64,000 nt of DNA from a bacterium (lineage in GTDB: Bacteria > Patescibacteriota > Gracilibacteria > UBA1369 > GCA-2718715): contig PBFJ01000041.1 in assembly GCA_002718715.1 (NCBI GenBank), positions 28 through 64,027 of the forward strand. The letters are read 5' to 3'. Positions 1 through 10,413 of the stretch are shown here, one piece after another. Within the stretch, counting starts at the first letter, position 1. Each line of letters opens with the position of its first letter. The translations under genes were made by a program, and so were the position numbers. The notes under the pieces were generated by a model. The model was not told the origin of the DNA and did not search any database. It saw nothing but the letters and a program-made list of their open reading frames with translations.

Positions 1-498
1 GCTGAATATTTTGATATTAGATTTTATATCTTAAGACCAACAGAAATTGTAGGAGATAAAAGCTTGAATGCAAAAAAATTTATTAATAATTATAAGTCTA
101 GTTCTCTTATTAAGAAGTATTTTTTAAAATCATTCTACAAGAAAAGATTATCCCATTTCGTTTCATCAAATTTTTTAATCCAAAATATAATTAAAATAAT
201 TGAAGGAAAAATAACTGAAGGTATTTATATAGTTTCCCAAGATAATGAAAGTTTGAATAGTTTTTTTGAAATTTTAAAAGTAATTGATTCAAAACTATAT
301 CCAAAAATAAAAGCTAACAATTTTAATTTTTATTTACCATTATGGTTACTTTTTTCTTTTTTTTATATGATTTTCAGATCAAATCAAGTTTCAATTAAAT
401 CGAGATTCATATCTAAAAATCCGATCATTGATCCACACAATTATTTTAATTTTAAGAATGACTTTTTAGAACATATTGATTATGTTTTAAAAAAATAA
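1..498 (+). CDS. NAD-dependent epimerase/dehydratase family protein, C-terminal part (5' end outside window)
   Basis: Frame is open from base 1: AEYFDIRFYILRPTEIVGDK..., with an LRPxx(V/I)xG motif typical of extended SDRs. Confidence 0.55.
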   Translation, partial: AEYFDIRFYILRPTEIVGDKSLNAKKFINNYKSSSLIKKYFLKSFYKKRLSHFVSSNFLIQNIIKIIEGKITEGIYIVSQDNESLNSFFEILKVIDSKLYPKIKANNFNFYLPLWLLFSFFYMIFRSNQVSIKSRFISKNPIIDPHNYFNFKNDFLEHIDYVLKK

Positions 499-510
499 TA
501 AATAAATATT

Positions 511-1632
511 ATGAGAAAAATTCTATTAATTTCTAATTTTTATTCAGAATATATTTCTGCAGGTACTTCTCAAAGGACAAAAGATATTAAAAAAGGACTT
601 ACTGATTTGGGATGTGAATGTAAAGTAGTAACAATCAAGAGAAGTAGAAATCCTATTCAAAAAGAGCCTGACAAAAAAGAAATTATAGGAATTAATTCTC
701 TTTCAAGCAGATATGCAATACCTATCTATCCTTTATTAAGATTCTTTAGATTATTAAAAGGTTATAACTTGGTTCATATAATTGATCATTGGTCGGGGTT
801 GAATATTATTAGCGTAATATTTTGTTTAGTTTCTAAAACACCATATATATATTCTCCCTGCGGTGCATTAAAACCTATAGGAAGAAATATACTAATAAAA
901 AAGTTATACAACTTTATTTTTTTAAAATTTCTTTTAAATAATGCAAAATATATATTTGCAGTAACTAAAAAAGAAAAATCAGAAATAAAACTTCTTTCAA
1001 AAAAAAAGTTAAAAATTAAAGTTATACCAAATGGAATATGGGAAAAATCTGAAACTAATTTTCAAATAGATAGAAGAACTAAAAAAAAATTAGAAAATTT
1101 AATTAAACCAAAAAAGTTTATTTTATTCGTTGGAAGGCTTAGTTATGTTAAAGGACCTGATATTCTTTTTGATGCATTTTTGAAAATAAATAATATAGAT
1201 AAGTATGCTTTAGTTTATGCTGGTCCTGATGAAAATATGAAAGGAGAAATATTAAAGAAATTAAGAAATTTTCCAAATATTAATGTAATTTTTTTAGGTT
1301 CAGTTACACCAAAAGTAAGAAACTTTTGTATGAAAAATGCCCTCTTAACAGTTATTCCTTCAAGAAGAGAAGCCATGTCAATGGTTGCTCTTGAGACTTC
1401 AATTTTAGGTACACCTTTTATTGCTACAAAATCATGCGGACTATCTGATTTCTCAATTAACAATGCAGGCTTTATATGTGAACCTAATTCAAACTCGATA
1501 TCAAAAAGACTTAATTTTTTATTAAAAAATCCAGAAGAAATATTAATTACAGGTAAGAACGCACAATCCTACGTTAAAAAAAATTATACTTGGGAGAAAA
1601 TTTTATTAGAAATGAATTCTTATTTTAAATAA
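511..1632 (+). CDS. GT4 family glycosyltransferase
   Basis: VIPNG, ILFVGRLSYVKGPD, PSRREAMSMVALE (E-x7-E motif). Confidence 0.9.
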   Translation: MRKILLISNFYSEYISAGTSQRTKDIKKGLTDLGCECKVVTIKRSRNPIQKEPDKKEIIGINSLSSRYAIPIYPLLRFFRLLKGYNLVHIIDHWSGLNIISVIFCLVSKTPYIYSPCGALKPIGRNILIKKLYNFIFLKFLLNNAKYIFAVTKKEKSEIKLLSKKKLKIKVIPNGIWEKSETNFQIDRRTKKKLENLIKPKKFILFVGRLSYVKGPDILFDAFLKINNIDKYALVYAGPDENMKGEILKKLRNFPNINVIFLGSVTPKVRNFCMKNALLTVIPSRREAMSMVALETSILGTPFIATKSCGLSDFSINNAGFICEPNSNSISKRLNFLLKNPEEILITGKNAQSYVKKNYTWEKILLEMNSYFK

Positions 1633-1676
1633 TTAAACAAATTTTTATATTATGAGAATTATCTTTTTATTAGAAT

Positions 1677-2777
1677 TTAATTGGATTCAAATAAATTTTG
1701 CAAATTGTTACTCAATGTTGAATAATTAAATATAGGCATTAAGTTTTCTTCATTAATTTTTGATAGAGATTCTTTTCTTTTTTTTATCTCAATACTATTT
1801 AAAGGTTTTATTTCATCTAAAAATTTAGAAAGTTCATTGTTAGATTGAAAAAATTTAGAATTTGGGAATAACTCCCTATTTATATCAATATCTCTTACTA
1901 TCAAGGGAATTTCGTAAAGGTCTGCTTCTAAAACGGGTATACCAAATCCTTCATTTTTTGATGTAGAAATATAAGCTGAAGAGTAGAGTAAAAGATTACA
2001 AAGATCTTTTTGGCTAAGTTTTGGGAAATAATTAATATTGGATCTAATTCTATTACCATTGATTGTCTTATTGGCTTCAATTAACTTTCTTATTTTCTTG
2101 CTGGTTGGATATCCTACTAAATTAACATTAAATAAATTTTCAGTTGTCGATAAGGCTTCTAATAAATCTAAATGACACTTTCGTGGAGTTAATGTGGCTA
2201 TATATATTATGTTAGGTAAATCTAAATTCAAAGCCTTATAAATAAAATCATTTTTTTTAAGTTCATTATTAGCAATTTTATTTGATTTTCTAATGAAGTC
2301 TCTGTTAACAGAATTATATAAATATGAAACTTCTTTTTTTCTTCCTGAGAATTTTTCTATTGCTAGCTTTGAAGTTTTACTTACTGTTAATATATTTGAA
2401 TAATTTCTTATAAAGTATAAAAAAATAAAATAAGAAAATGAATTATGCCTTGCAAATTCTTTTTTTTTCCAAGATAAATCATGAATTTGAATAAAAATTC
2501 TACTCGAAAACAAGGCTAAAATTGAAGGATTAAAATCTGTTATGAAAAAATAATTTTTTAAGATAGAGTAGTAAAAAATTAAGAGCTCCACTTTTAAAAA
2601 TTTTATGAGTCTAAAAAATGTTTTTAAAAATATTGAATTATGTTTTTTCTCTTTAATTAATATTAATTTCACAGGGATGTTAATTTTTTTAATTAAATCT
2701 TTTAATAATAAGTATCTATTAAAAGCTCCACTAGTGCCATTAAAATAAGGATAAAGAAGAATTACTTTTTTATTCAT
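1677..2777 (-). CDS. GT4 family glycosyltransferase
   Basis: IQIHDL, LTVS, SKNEGFGIPVLEA motif. Confidence 0.88.
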   Translation of the reverse strand: MNKKVILLYPYFNGTSGAFNRYLLLKDLIKKINIPVKLILIKEKKHNSIFLKTFFRLIKFLKVELLIFYYSILKNYFFITDFNPSILALFSSRIFIQIHDLSWKKKEFARHNSFSYFIFLYFIRNYSNILTVSKTSKLAIEKFSGRKKEVSYLYNSVNRDFIRKSNKIANNELKKNDFIYKALNLDLPNIIYIATLTPRKCHLDLLEALSTTENLFNVNLVGYPTSKKIRKLIEANKTINGNRIRSNINYFPKLSQKDLCNLLLYSSAYISTSKNEGFGIPVLEADLYEIPLIVRDIDINRELFPNSKFFQSNNELSKFLDEIKPLNSIEIKKRKESLSKINEENLMPIFNYSTLSNNLQNLFESN

Positions 2778-3002
2778 AGTATTCTTTTAAAGCAATTTAT
2801 AGCTTTGATTTTTTGTTTTTATTAATTTACTATTTTTAATTTATATAATCAAATATTTAAAAGAAATATAAAGATTATTGTTTAATGAAATTTAAATTTC
2901 AATTTTTTTATAAAATTTGAAATAATACATAATAATTTATAATCTTATTAAAATTAATATTATTAAATTTTAGTTTCCGCTATTAACACTTAAGAAATAT
3001 TT

Positions 3003-3683
3003 CTAGATTTGGCTATCAATGATGTCCTTAAAGTCTTTAAAACAAAAGACATTATTATTTTTAGCATAGTTTTCAATATCTCTAAATTCAGACCATCTAG
3101 ATAAAAAAACAAAATCTATTCCTATTTTTTTTGCTGATAAATAATCATATCTACTATCTCCTATATAAATAGAATTAGATATTTCATCGATTTTATCTTT
3201 GAAAATATTTTTAAATATTTCATCTTTAGATAATGGACTTCCATAAATACCTCCATTAAAACTTTTATGTAATTGTTTTTTTTTAAAGATATTTATTAGT
3301 TCATTTTGGTCTGAACCACTTACTACATACCAAACTCCATCAGAGTATTTTCTATATTGCATTATTTCTATAGATATTTCGCATGATTCCAGTTTTTTCC
3401 GAACTATTGAGCCATAATTTTCTAGTAATTGTTCTACATTAATACAATTTTTATCTAAATTATGATTTGATGAAATAGTTTCAAAAAAATAATTAAATTT
3501 TTCATATCTAGATATTCCTCCATTCATTATGTGGAATTGGACTAATTCTTCAGCCGCCTCATTTCCATAATGATAAACAACCTCTTTAAAAGCTTCAGTT
3601 TTAATTTTATTTGAGTTAAGGATTATTCCGTCACAGTCAAAAATTAGGTTTTTGTATGATTGCAAATTTTTCAATTTAGCCAT
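3003..3683 (-). CDS. HAD-superfamily phosphatase
   Basis: Motif I IFDCDGIILNS, VVSGS, motif IV IGDSRYD; ATG at 3683 overlaps the kdsB 3' end. Confidence 0.85.
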   Translation of the reverse strand: MAKLKNLQSYKNLIFDCDGIILNSNKIKTEAFKEVVYHYGNEAAEELVQFHIMNGGISRYEKFNYFFETISSNHNLDKNCINVEQLLENYGSIVRKKLESCEISIEIMQYRKYSDGVWYVVSGSDQNELINIFKKKQLHKSFNGGIYGSPLSKDEIFKNIFKDKIDEISNSIYIGDSRYDYLSAKKIGIDFVFLSRWSEFRDIENYAKNNNVFCFKDFKDIIDSQI

Positions 3684-4404
3684 TAAAAGCTCCAATGATT
3701 TTTTCTATGTCATCTGGAACGTCAACTGAAATTGAACTTGAGTCACATTCGAACATAAGAACTTTTCTACCATTCTCAATGAATCTTAAGATTTCTATAT
3801 CCTCTCTTTCCTCGAGGAAACCCTTGTTTTGGTTTTTTTTTATAAAATTTAAATCATTCTTGTTATATCCATAAATGCAGACTTGTCGCTTTAATCCAGA
3901 TAAACTTTTATCTATAGATTTGAATCCAGGGATTTGGTTCCTTGACATGTAAATTAAATAATTTTGCTTATCAATAATAACTTTAGGTATATTTATTGAA
4001 TAAAAATCTTCCCAATTATTTATTGGAGCAAATCCATTTACTACTATGGATGGATTTTTAATCTTGAGTTCTATGCATTTAGTTATATCTAATGGATTAA
4101 CAAGAGGTTCATCCCCTTGAACATTGATGAAGTAATCATAATTTAAATCGTTAATAACTTCGGCAATTCTATCTGTTCCAGTTCTTGCATTCTTGCTTGT
4201 AATCAAGCAATTAAAATTATTCTTTTTAACTATATCTCTTATTCTTTCATCATCCGTAAGGATAAAAATGTCATTTCTATTAATTGCCTTTTCTGCGGCT
4301 TCAGCTACATGAAGTATCATTTCTTTTCCTATTATTTTCGCAAGAGGTTTCCCGGGAAATCTAGATGATTTATATCGTGCTGGAATTACAACGCAACTTT
4401 TCAT
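3676..4404 (-). CDS. kdsB: CMP-Kdo synthetase-like (3-deoxy-manno-octulosonate cytidylyltransferase)
   Basis: IPARYKSSRFPGKPLA, TGTDRIAE, NVQGDEP, EILRFIENG, SVDVPDD. Confidence 0.88.
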   Translation of the reverse strand: MKSCVVIPARYKSSRFPGKPLAKIIGKEMILHVAEAAEKAINRNDIFILTDDERIRDIVKKNNFNCLITSKNARTGTDRIAEVINDLNYDYFINVQGDEPLVNPLDITKCIELKIKNPSIVVNGFAPINNWEDFYSINIPKVIIDKQNYLIYMSRNQIPGFKSIDKSLSGLKRQVCIYGYNKNDLNFIKKNQNKGFLEEREDIEILRFIENGRKVLMFECDSSSISVDVPDDIEKIIGAFNG

Positions 4405-6035
4405 AAATTAAAACCATAAATACTTTTTGAACTGACATTAAAATAATTAGTTGGAGTAATGGAGTAAATATTAATTTTTTCATACTTTTTTTTGAATATA
4501 GCAAAAATACTTTCTACCTCTTGATTTCTTATATCTCCTTTTGGATAACCATCAAATCCGGCAAGTATAATATTATTTACATCAGTCGCTCCTAATGTAG
4601 CTAAGGCATAAGCTAATGCAATTGGGGAAGGAATAGTACAGTAATTTTTTAATGATTCCATAGTGCTTCGCTCAATTTCCAAACCATAATCTAATACTCT
4701 ATTATTTTTTAGTTTAAGTTTTATTTTTTCTGGAAGCATAGAATAAGGAGTTATTATTAATTGATTTAAAAATTCAAATGAGATGTTATCTGCAAGTAAT
4801 CTCATTGGATGTGCAAATACTCTCGCATCAATTAATTCTTGGTTTATATAGGACTTAGAATTTATTCCAATTACATATAAATTTTCATTGGATATAAATT
4901 CCTCTAATTTATCTTTAAAGTTTAAAATTCCTTCACTATTCCCGAGCAATAAAATTTTTTCTTGTTTGATTTTATTTTTTGGAGCATCTTGACCTCTTGG
5001 TTTACCCTCAAAAAAAGTCCTAGCTTTTAATAATTTATGAGAATTAAATGTTCTAGATTTGTCATTCTTTAAGTAATCAATTGCTCCTATTATTTCTGCT
5101 GTGCTATATCGAGAATCAGTAAGCATTGTTTGTATAAATGAGGGGTGAATTTTATATTTTGCAGATAAGAAATAAAATCTATTTTTACCCCATTTATGTT
5201 TCTCTTTTAATTTTTCGAACCATTTCTTTGAATGGTTTATTAATGGAATTATATTTATTTTTTCCCTATATTTTGGGGTTAGAGAAATTAAAAGCTCCTC
5301 AATGTCTGTGTTGCCTGGGCCACGACCCATCCCTAATATTGTCGCGTCTAGCCAAGTGCTTCCCATGCTAATTGAACTTAAGGTATTATCAGGTGCTTTA
5401 CCAAGATTATTATGTGCGTGAATTCCAATATCAAAATTTGTTTCTTGAGCTAAAATTTTTAATTTACTATTATATTCAATTGAGTCCATACTTCCAGTAC
5501 TATCTGCCAAATAAATAGCAGATAAAGATAGTTTTTTTATACTATTAGCTATATTTCTAAGATTTTTAAAATCTAAAAAAGCTCCATGCATAATATTTAT
5601 GCAAATTTCAAAACCTTTTTCTTTAAGTAATTGGTAAACAACTTTTGCTATATCAATTTCTTCGTAAGTACATGCAAGCCTTATGATATCAACTTTTGAG
5701 TTGTTGCTTTCAAAAGGAAATAATCTATTTATTTTATTTTTGATTTCATTATGGTTTTCAAATTCTTTTATATTTACCATAACAGCTATTTTTAAATTTT
5801 TGCTATCAAATTTCTCTAAAAAATCATCTCTTGTAAATGCTAAGGGACCTTTATATTGGTCATTAATTAAAGATCTAAAGCCTAATTCTAATATATCGAT
5901 ATTACAGCTTCTGATTACATCAATATGTTCTCTAATAAGATCAATATCAAAATCCCAATTATTGTAATAACCTCCATCTCTGAGGGTACAATCAAGAATC
6001 TTTAAAGATTTTTTATTTTCTTCTTTATAATTCAT
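4401..6035 (-). CDS. HMGL-like (DRE-TIM) aldolase, 4-hydroxy-2-oxovalerate aldolase-like, with extra C-terminal domain
   Basis: LDCTLRDGGY, YLADSTG, GIHAHNN, GMGRGPGN; C-terminal LAGFDGY domain. Confidence 0.85.
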   Translation of the reverse strand: MNYKEENKKSLKILDCTLRDGGYYNNWDFDIDLIREHIDVIRSCNIDILELGFRSLINDQYKGPLAFTRDDFLEKFDSKNLKIAVMVNIKEFENHNEIKNKINRLFPFESNNSKVDIIRLACTYEEIDIAKVVYQLLKEKGFEICINIMHGAFLDFKNLRNIANSIKKLSLSAIYLADSTGSMDSIEYNSKLKILAQETNFDIGIHAHNNLGKAPDNTLSSISMGSTWLDATILGMGRGPGNTDIEELLISLTPKYREKINIIPLINHSKKWFEKLKEKHKWGKNRFYFLSAKYKIHPSFIQTMLTDSRYSTAEIIGAIDYLKNDKSRTFNSHKLLKARTFFEGKPRGQDAPKNKIKQEKILLLGNSEGILNFKDKLEEFISNENLYVIGINSKSYINQELIDARVFAHPMRLLADNISFEFLNQLIITPYSMLPEKIKLKLKNNRVLDYGLEIERSTMESLKNYCTIPSPIALAYALATLGATDVNNIILAGFDGYPKGDIRNQEVESIFAIFKKKYEKINIYSITPTNYFNVSSKSIYGFNL

Positions 6036-6260
6036 ATCATGTGTTAATAATTTAGAATTATTTATTCTGCCTTATTACCTAATATTACTTAACTTATTCT
6101 ATATTAAGTTGATAGATAATTTAAATTTTAACCTTTTTTAAATTATTTTTTTTACACATAAATTAATGATTTTGCAAGCCCGCAATATTTCAAAAATGAT
6201 TATTATTTAATAATTAGCTTATTAAATAACTTAGAATGTTTACTACTGAATAATAATCTG

Positions 6261-7319
6261 GTGTTTCTTTCGGATAAAGAATGTTGTAGTGTCAAAATAC
6301 TCCAAAATGCGACTATTAAGGAGGCAGTAGAGATACTAGAAAAAAGTAATTTAAAAATAGTATTGGTAATTAATCAAGATAATATTCTTAAAGGTACAAT
6401 CTATGATGGTGATATTAGAAGAGCCTTATTAAAAGGACTTAGTTTAAATTGCAAAATTGATAAAGTTATGTCAAGAAATTATATAAAGGTTTCTATGCAA
6501 GTTACCTATAAAGAGGTTAAGGAAATAATGCAGAAAAATTCAATTTTGCATATACCTGTTACTGATGTGGAAGATAAACTTTTAGGTCTACATGTCTTGG
6601 ATAATTATTCTTTTGAAAAAGATTCAAAAAAATATCCAAATTCTGTGCTTTTAATGGCAGGAGGCAGAGGTAAAAGATTAATGCCTTTAACTGAAAACTG
6701 TCCAAAACCCTTAATTAAAATTAATGGAAAGCCTTTACTAGAAATTATATTAGAGAAATGTATAAAAGTAGGTTTAAGAAACTTTTATATTTCAGTTCAT
6801 TATTTATCTGATCAAATTATAAATTACTTTGGCAATGGAGAAAAATGGGATATTTCTATATCTTACTTACATGAAGAGAAACCTATGGGCACTGCTGGTG
6901 CCTTAAGCTTATTACCTAAAACAATTAGTCATCCATTATTAATAATGAATGGTGATATTTTAACTAAAATCAATATTCCTCAGTTTCTTGAATTTCATGA
7001 AAAAAATTGTGCCGATATTACGGTTGCAGGAAGTGAACACTATTACACGAGTCCATATGGAGTTGTAGAGGTAGAGGGTATAAATTTTAAATCTATAGTT
7101 GAAAAACCTACTTTTAAAAACTTTATAAATGCTGGCATTTATATAATTAATCCATCAATTATGAAAAAATTAAATAACGAAGAATACCTAGACATGCCCG
7201 ATCTCTTAAATGAGCGATTAGGGGATAATTATAAAAAAGTAGTTTACCCAATACATGAGTATTGGCTGGATATTGGCCGCATTGATAGTCTTAATAAGGC
7301 AAAAGATGAGTGGGAATAA
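6261..7319 (+). CDS. legX: CBS-domain sugar-1-phosphate nucleotidyltransferase (LegX/PtmE type)
   Basis: Tandem CBS N-terminus (DGDIRRALL), then MAGGRGKRLMPLT..PKPL, GTAGAL, NGD, WLDIG; leg-cluster context. Confidence 0.85.
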   Translation: MFLSDKECCSVKILQNATIKEAVEILEKSNLKIVLVINQDNILKGTIYDGDIRRALLKGLSLNCKIDKVMSRNYIKVSMQVTYKEVKEIMQKNSILHIPVTDVEDKLLGLHVLDNYSFEKDSKKYPNSVLLMAGGRGKRLMPLTENCPKPLIKINGKPLLEIILEKCIKVGLRNFYISVHYLSDQIINYFGNGEKWDISISYLHEEKPMGTAGALSLLPKTISHPLLIMNGDILTKINIPQFLEFHEKNCADITVAGSEHYYTSPYGVVEVEGINFKSIVEKPTFKNFINAGIYIINPSIMKKLNNEEYLDMPDLLNERLGDNYKKVVYPIHEYWLDIGRIDSLNKAKDEWE

Positions 7320-7387
7320 TAAAAATAACTTTGTAAGTCCTAAGTTGGACACATTAAAAATGTAATAAATTTTTGTTTTTGCATAGA

Positions 7388-9175
7388 TTATTTGTTATTT
7401 ATTATTTTATTTATTACTGAGGAAGCTGAATCAATATTATACAAACTAAGTTCGCTAAAAAGTTCTTTTGAATTACGTGAAATTTTACTATTAAATTTAT
7501 TATAACTTGATTGAATTGAAATAGACTTAATTAATTTTTCACCATTGAAAGTTAATTTTTTTATAATTGATAAAATTTTATCATTTTTTTTCTTATTAAA
7601 GAAAAAATATGAATCATTAAAGAATTTTTTATTTTCACTAAAAAAGATAATTGGTTTATTAAAAGAAAATGCTGCTTTTATTGCTGCCCCTTGAAAGCCT
7701 AGAGATATAATAAAATCAGAGTAATAAGAATTTGAAAAATTAGCTTTTTCTTGTGAGATATAAATTAAATTTGAATTCTGAATATGTTGGTTTAAAAAGC
7801 CATCTCTTTTATTGTGCACTAATACTATTTTTTCAAGCTTTGATATTTTGAGAGAATATAAGCAAGAAATTACATCTTCCTCTTTTATATGATAATTGAA
7901 GCCATATAAGCTATCGAAAATTGATATTTTTAATCTTGAAGATTTATATTTTTTAAGATCTAATTTATTAGTTGAATTTTTTTTATTTTTGCTTTGTTCT
8001 CTTGCGAATTCGATTTGTGGACATAAAGCATTTTTGATTTCCACATTTTCACTTTTTAATCTTTTTACTGCTTTATATTGTTCGCATCTTTGTGAACCGA
8101 ATGTAATAAGATAATTTGGATTTCTTATAAGGTCAATTTGAGAATTGCCAGGGTAATTTTTATTAACAGGAAAACCCATAGAAAAATCATAGAAAATTGA
8201 AAGTACATTAGTATCTCTACATGCTTGAAATAGTATATTTTCATGCTTGAATGAAATATAAGAACAAACTATATATTTTAGTTTCAATGAATTTATTGTA
8301 TTGACGCAACAAAAATAATAAATTTTACAAGAAATAATTTCTAAAATTTCACTCAAAAGATTATGTTTAATAATTTTAAAAATATTATTTTTAAAAATAT
8401 TTATACTAAAAATAAGTACATTAGAAATTAGATTAAGCTTGTTTCGATTACCATAAATATACATCGATAAATAATCTAAACTTACGAATTCATTTGAGAT
8501 AGATAAATCTTTTGTTAATTTAAAATATGCTTGTGATTTTTTAAGATTTTTATGATGAATAAATCCTTTATTAGAATTATTAAATGTATTAAATTTTTTT
8601 GTTTTAAGGAATGGTTTGGTAAAAGAGCTTTTATCAATTGATAAACTTTTCCAATCAAAATCTAAATCTTTTGAGGGTTTTATAATAACAGAGATTTTAT
8701 TAATCTTAATTTTAATTAAGTATTTTCTTAAATAATATCTTTTGAATAATTCATCAACAATTTTATTACCGCTAGAACAACAGTGAAAAATAAAATTACT
8801 TTTAGGTATAGATTTTAAGTTGATTTCAACTAATGATATTAAATATCTAATGTTAATACAATTTTGAGCCTCATCTGGGATACCAAAGATATCATTAGTT
8901 TTTAATTTAAGGATTTTCCTATAATATCTTTTCGCAACCAATATAAAATGAAATGCGAGATATTCAAAATCTTCAATTTCTGCAATTGAGATATCGGGAT
9001 ATTTTTTTTCACAATGAAAATCAAATCTTTTAGTTCCTAAAATATTTTTTAAACTTTTTTCATTTTTAAAAAATTCAATTATTAATTTAATTATTAGATT
9101 AAGATTATAGCAGGAATAAATTACTGGAATATTTTGGTTGTTGAGCTTATTATTTTTACAAATCTTTTTTATCAT
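7388..9175 (-). CDS. Large K/N/I-rich hypothetical protein, candidate nonulosonate transferase
   Basis: 595-aa ORF directly downstream of legB; C-terminal SDFIISLGFQGAAIKAAFSFNKPIIFF resembles a GT-B tail. Confidence 0.45.
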   Translation of the reverse strand: MIKKICKNNKLNNQNIPVIYSCYNLNLIIKLIIEFFKNEKSLKNILGTKRFDFHCEKKYPDISIAEIEDFEYLAFHFILVAKRYYRKILKLKTNDIFGIPDEAQNCINIRYLISLVEINLKSIPKSNFIFHCCSSGNKIVDELFKRYYLRKYLIKIKINKISVIIKPSKDLDFDWKSLSIDKSSFTKPFLKTKKFNTFNNSNKGFIHHKNLKKSQAYFKLTKDLSISNEFVSLDYLSMYIYGNRNKLNLISNVLIFSINIFKNNIFKIIKHNLLSEILEIISCKIYYFCCVNTINSLKLKYIVCSYISFKHENILFQACRDTNVLSIFYDFSMGFPVNKNYPGNSQIDLIRNPNYLITFGSQRCEQYKAVKRLKSENVEIKNALCPQIEFAREQSKNKKNSTNKLDLKKYKSSRLKISIFDSLYGFNYHIKEEDVISCLYSLKISKLEKIVLVHNKRDGFLNQHIQNSNLIYISQEKANFSNSYYSDFIISLGFQGAAIKAAFSFNKPIIFFSENKKFFNDSYFFFNKKKNDKILSIIKKLTFNGEKLIKSISIQSSYNKFNSKISRNSKELFSELSLYNIDSASSVINKIINNK

Positions 9176-9231
9176 ATTAATTTAGAGTGATTTTATGGAA
9201 GTTTATAAAATATTTCATATGCCAACATTAA

Positions 9232-10230
9232 CTAAATCTGATATGAATTTTTGGAATTATATCTTTCCAAGTTAGAAGGGTCAGTAAACCAATCGATAGT
9301 AATTCTCAATCCTTTCTCAAAACCATTAAGATCTCCAAATTCTGGTTCCCAGTTAGTTAATTTTTTTAGTAATGAATTATCACCAAATAATCTCTCAACT
9401 TCTGAATTTTTTGGCCTTAAACGATTTTCTTCACTTTTAATAGTTATTTCTACATTCATTATTTTTGCAATGAGTAAAGCTGTTTCTTCTATAGAAATTT
9501 CAAAATTACTTGCTGAATTTATTATTTTTCCAATAACTATTTCGTTATTTAGAAGTTTAACAAATGCCGAACAAGTATCGCTGACGAAATTAAAGTCCCT
9601 AGTGGGTGATATCTTTCCTAATTTTATTTCTTTTTTACCACTTGCGATTTGCGTGATGATTGTTGGAATTACAGCTCTATTACTTTGTCTAGGTCCATAA
9701 GTATTAAATGGTCTTAAAATTGTAACTGGAGTATTAAAACTTTTCCAAAAACTTGTTGCAATTTGATCTGCCGCTATTTTACTTGCTGAATATGGAGATT
9801 GACCAACAAGTGGGTGGCTTTCATTAATCGGAACAAATTGCGCTGTTCCATAAGTTTCAGAGGTAGATGTATGAATTACTTGCTTTATATTTAAATCTTT
9901 TGCGGCTTGCAATATATTTAATGTCCCATGCACATTAGTATCGATATAACTAGCAGGAGCAATATAACTATAAGGAATTGCAATCAAAGCCGCTAGGTGA
10001 AATACATGAGTACAATCTTTCATGGCTTCTTTAACGCAATTAGTATCTCTTATATCTCCTAAAAAAAAATCTATCTTTTCGATAATTTTTGCAGGTAAAG
10101 TATCTAACCAACCTTTACTTCCATATGAATTATAAATACAAAAAGCTTTTACTTTATAATCATTTTGAATTAGCTTTTCCACTAAATGTGAGCCAATAAA
10201 TCCATCAGCGCCAGTTACTAAAACTTTCAT
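9232..10230 (-). CDS. legB: NDP-GlcNAc 4,6-dehydratase, LegB
   Basis: VTGADGFIGSHL, FHLAALIAIPYSY, TSTSETYG, GQSPYSASK, RPFNTYGPRQS. Confidence 0.9.
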   Translation of the reverse strand: MKVLVTGADGFIGSHLVEKLIQNDYKVKAFCIYNSYGSKGWLDTLPAKIIEKIDFFLGDIRDTNCVKEAMKDCTHVFHLAALIAIPYSYIAPASYIDTNVHGTLNILQAAKDLNIKQVIHTSTSETYGTAQFVPINESHPLVGQSPYSASKIAADQIATSFWKSFNTPVTILRPFNTYGPRQSNRAVIPTIITQIASGKKEIKLGKISPTRDFNFVSDTCSAFVKLLNNEIVIGKIINSASNFEISIEETALLIAKIMNVEITIKSEENRLRPKNSEVERLFGDNSLLKKLTNWEPEFGDLNGFEKGLRITIDWFTDPSNLERYNSKNSYQI

Positions 10231-10413
10231 AAATAGTTTCTAAAATATTTTTAATTAATTTATCTTTTTAACTTCATTAATATTATCATTTTGCAAGTTT
10301 ATTAGTACATTGCAAAGAAATTTTCTCAACTAAGTTAATCAGATTTCTAATTGATTAATATAAAACTTTATTTAATAAAATTAATTTTCAAAAATAAAAA
10401 TAATTTTGAAATT

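Noticed and set aside
998-3841. Poly-A/T runs of 8-9 nt as phase-variation tracts
   Set aside because: Ubiquitous in this AT-rich, Lys/Phe-rich DNA, and the host ORFs are intact
7332-7353. Small GTCC/GGAC hairpin between convergent genes
   Set aside because: The stem is only 4 bp (7 with a bulge), too weak to call a terminator
10289-10317. TTTGCAA-N13-TTGCAAA inverted repeat upstream of legB, and other TTGCAA hexamers in spacers
   Set aside because: Short, self-palindromic and expected by chance at this AT content; no consistent spacing to start codons
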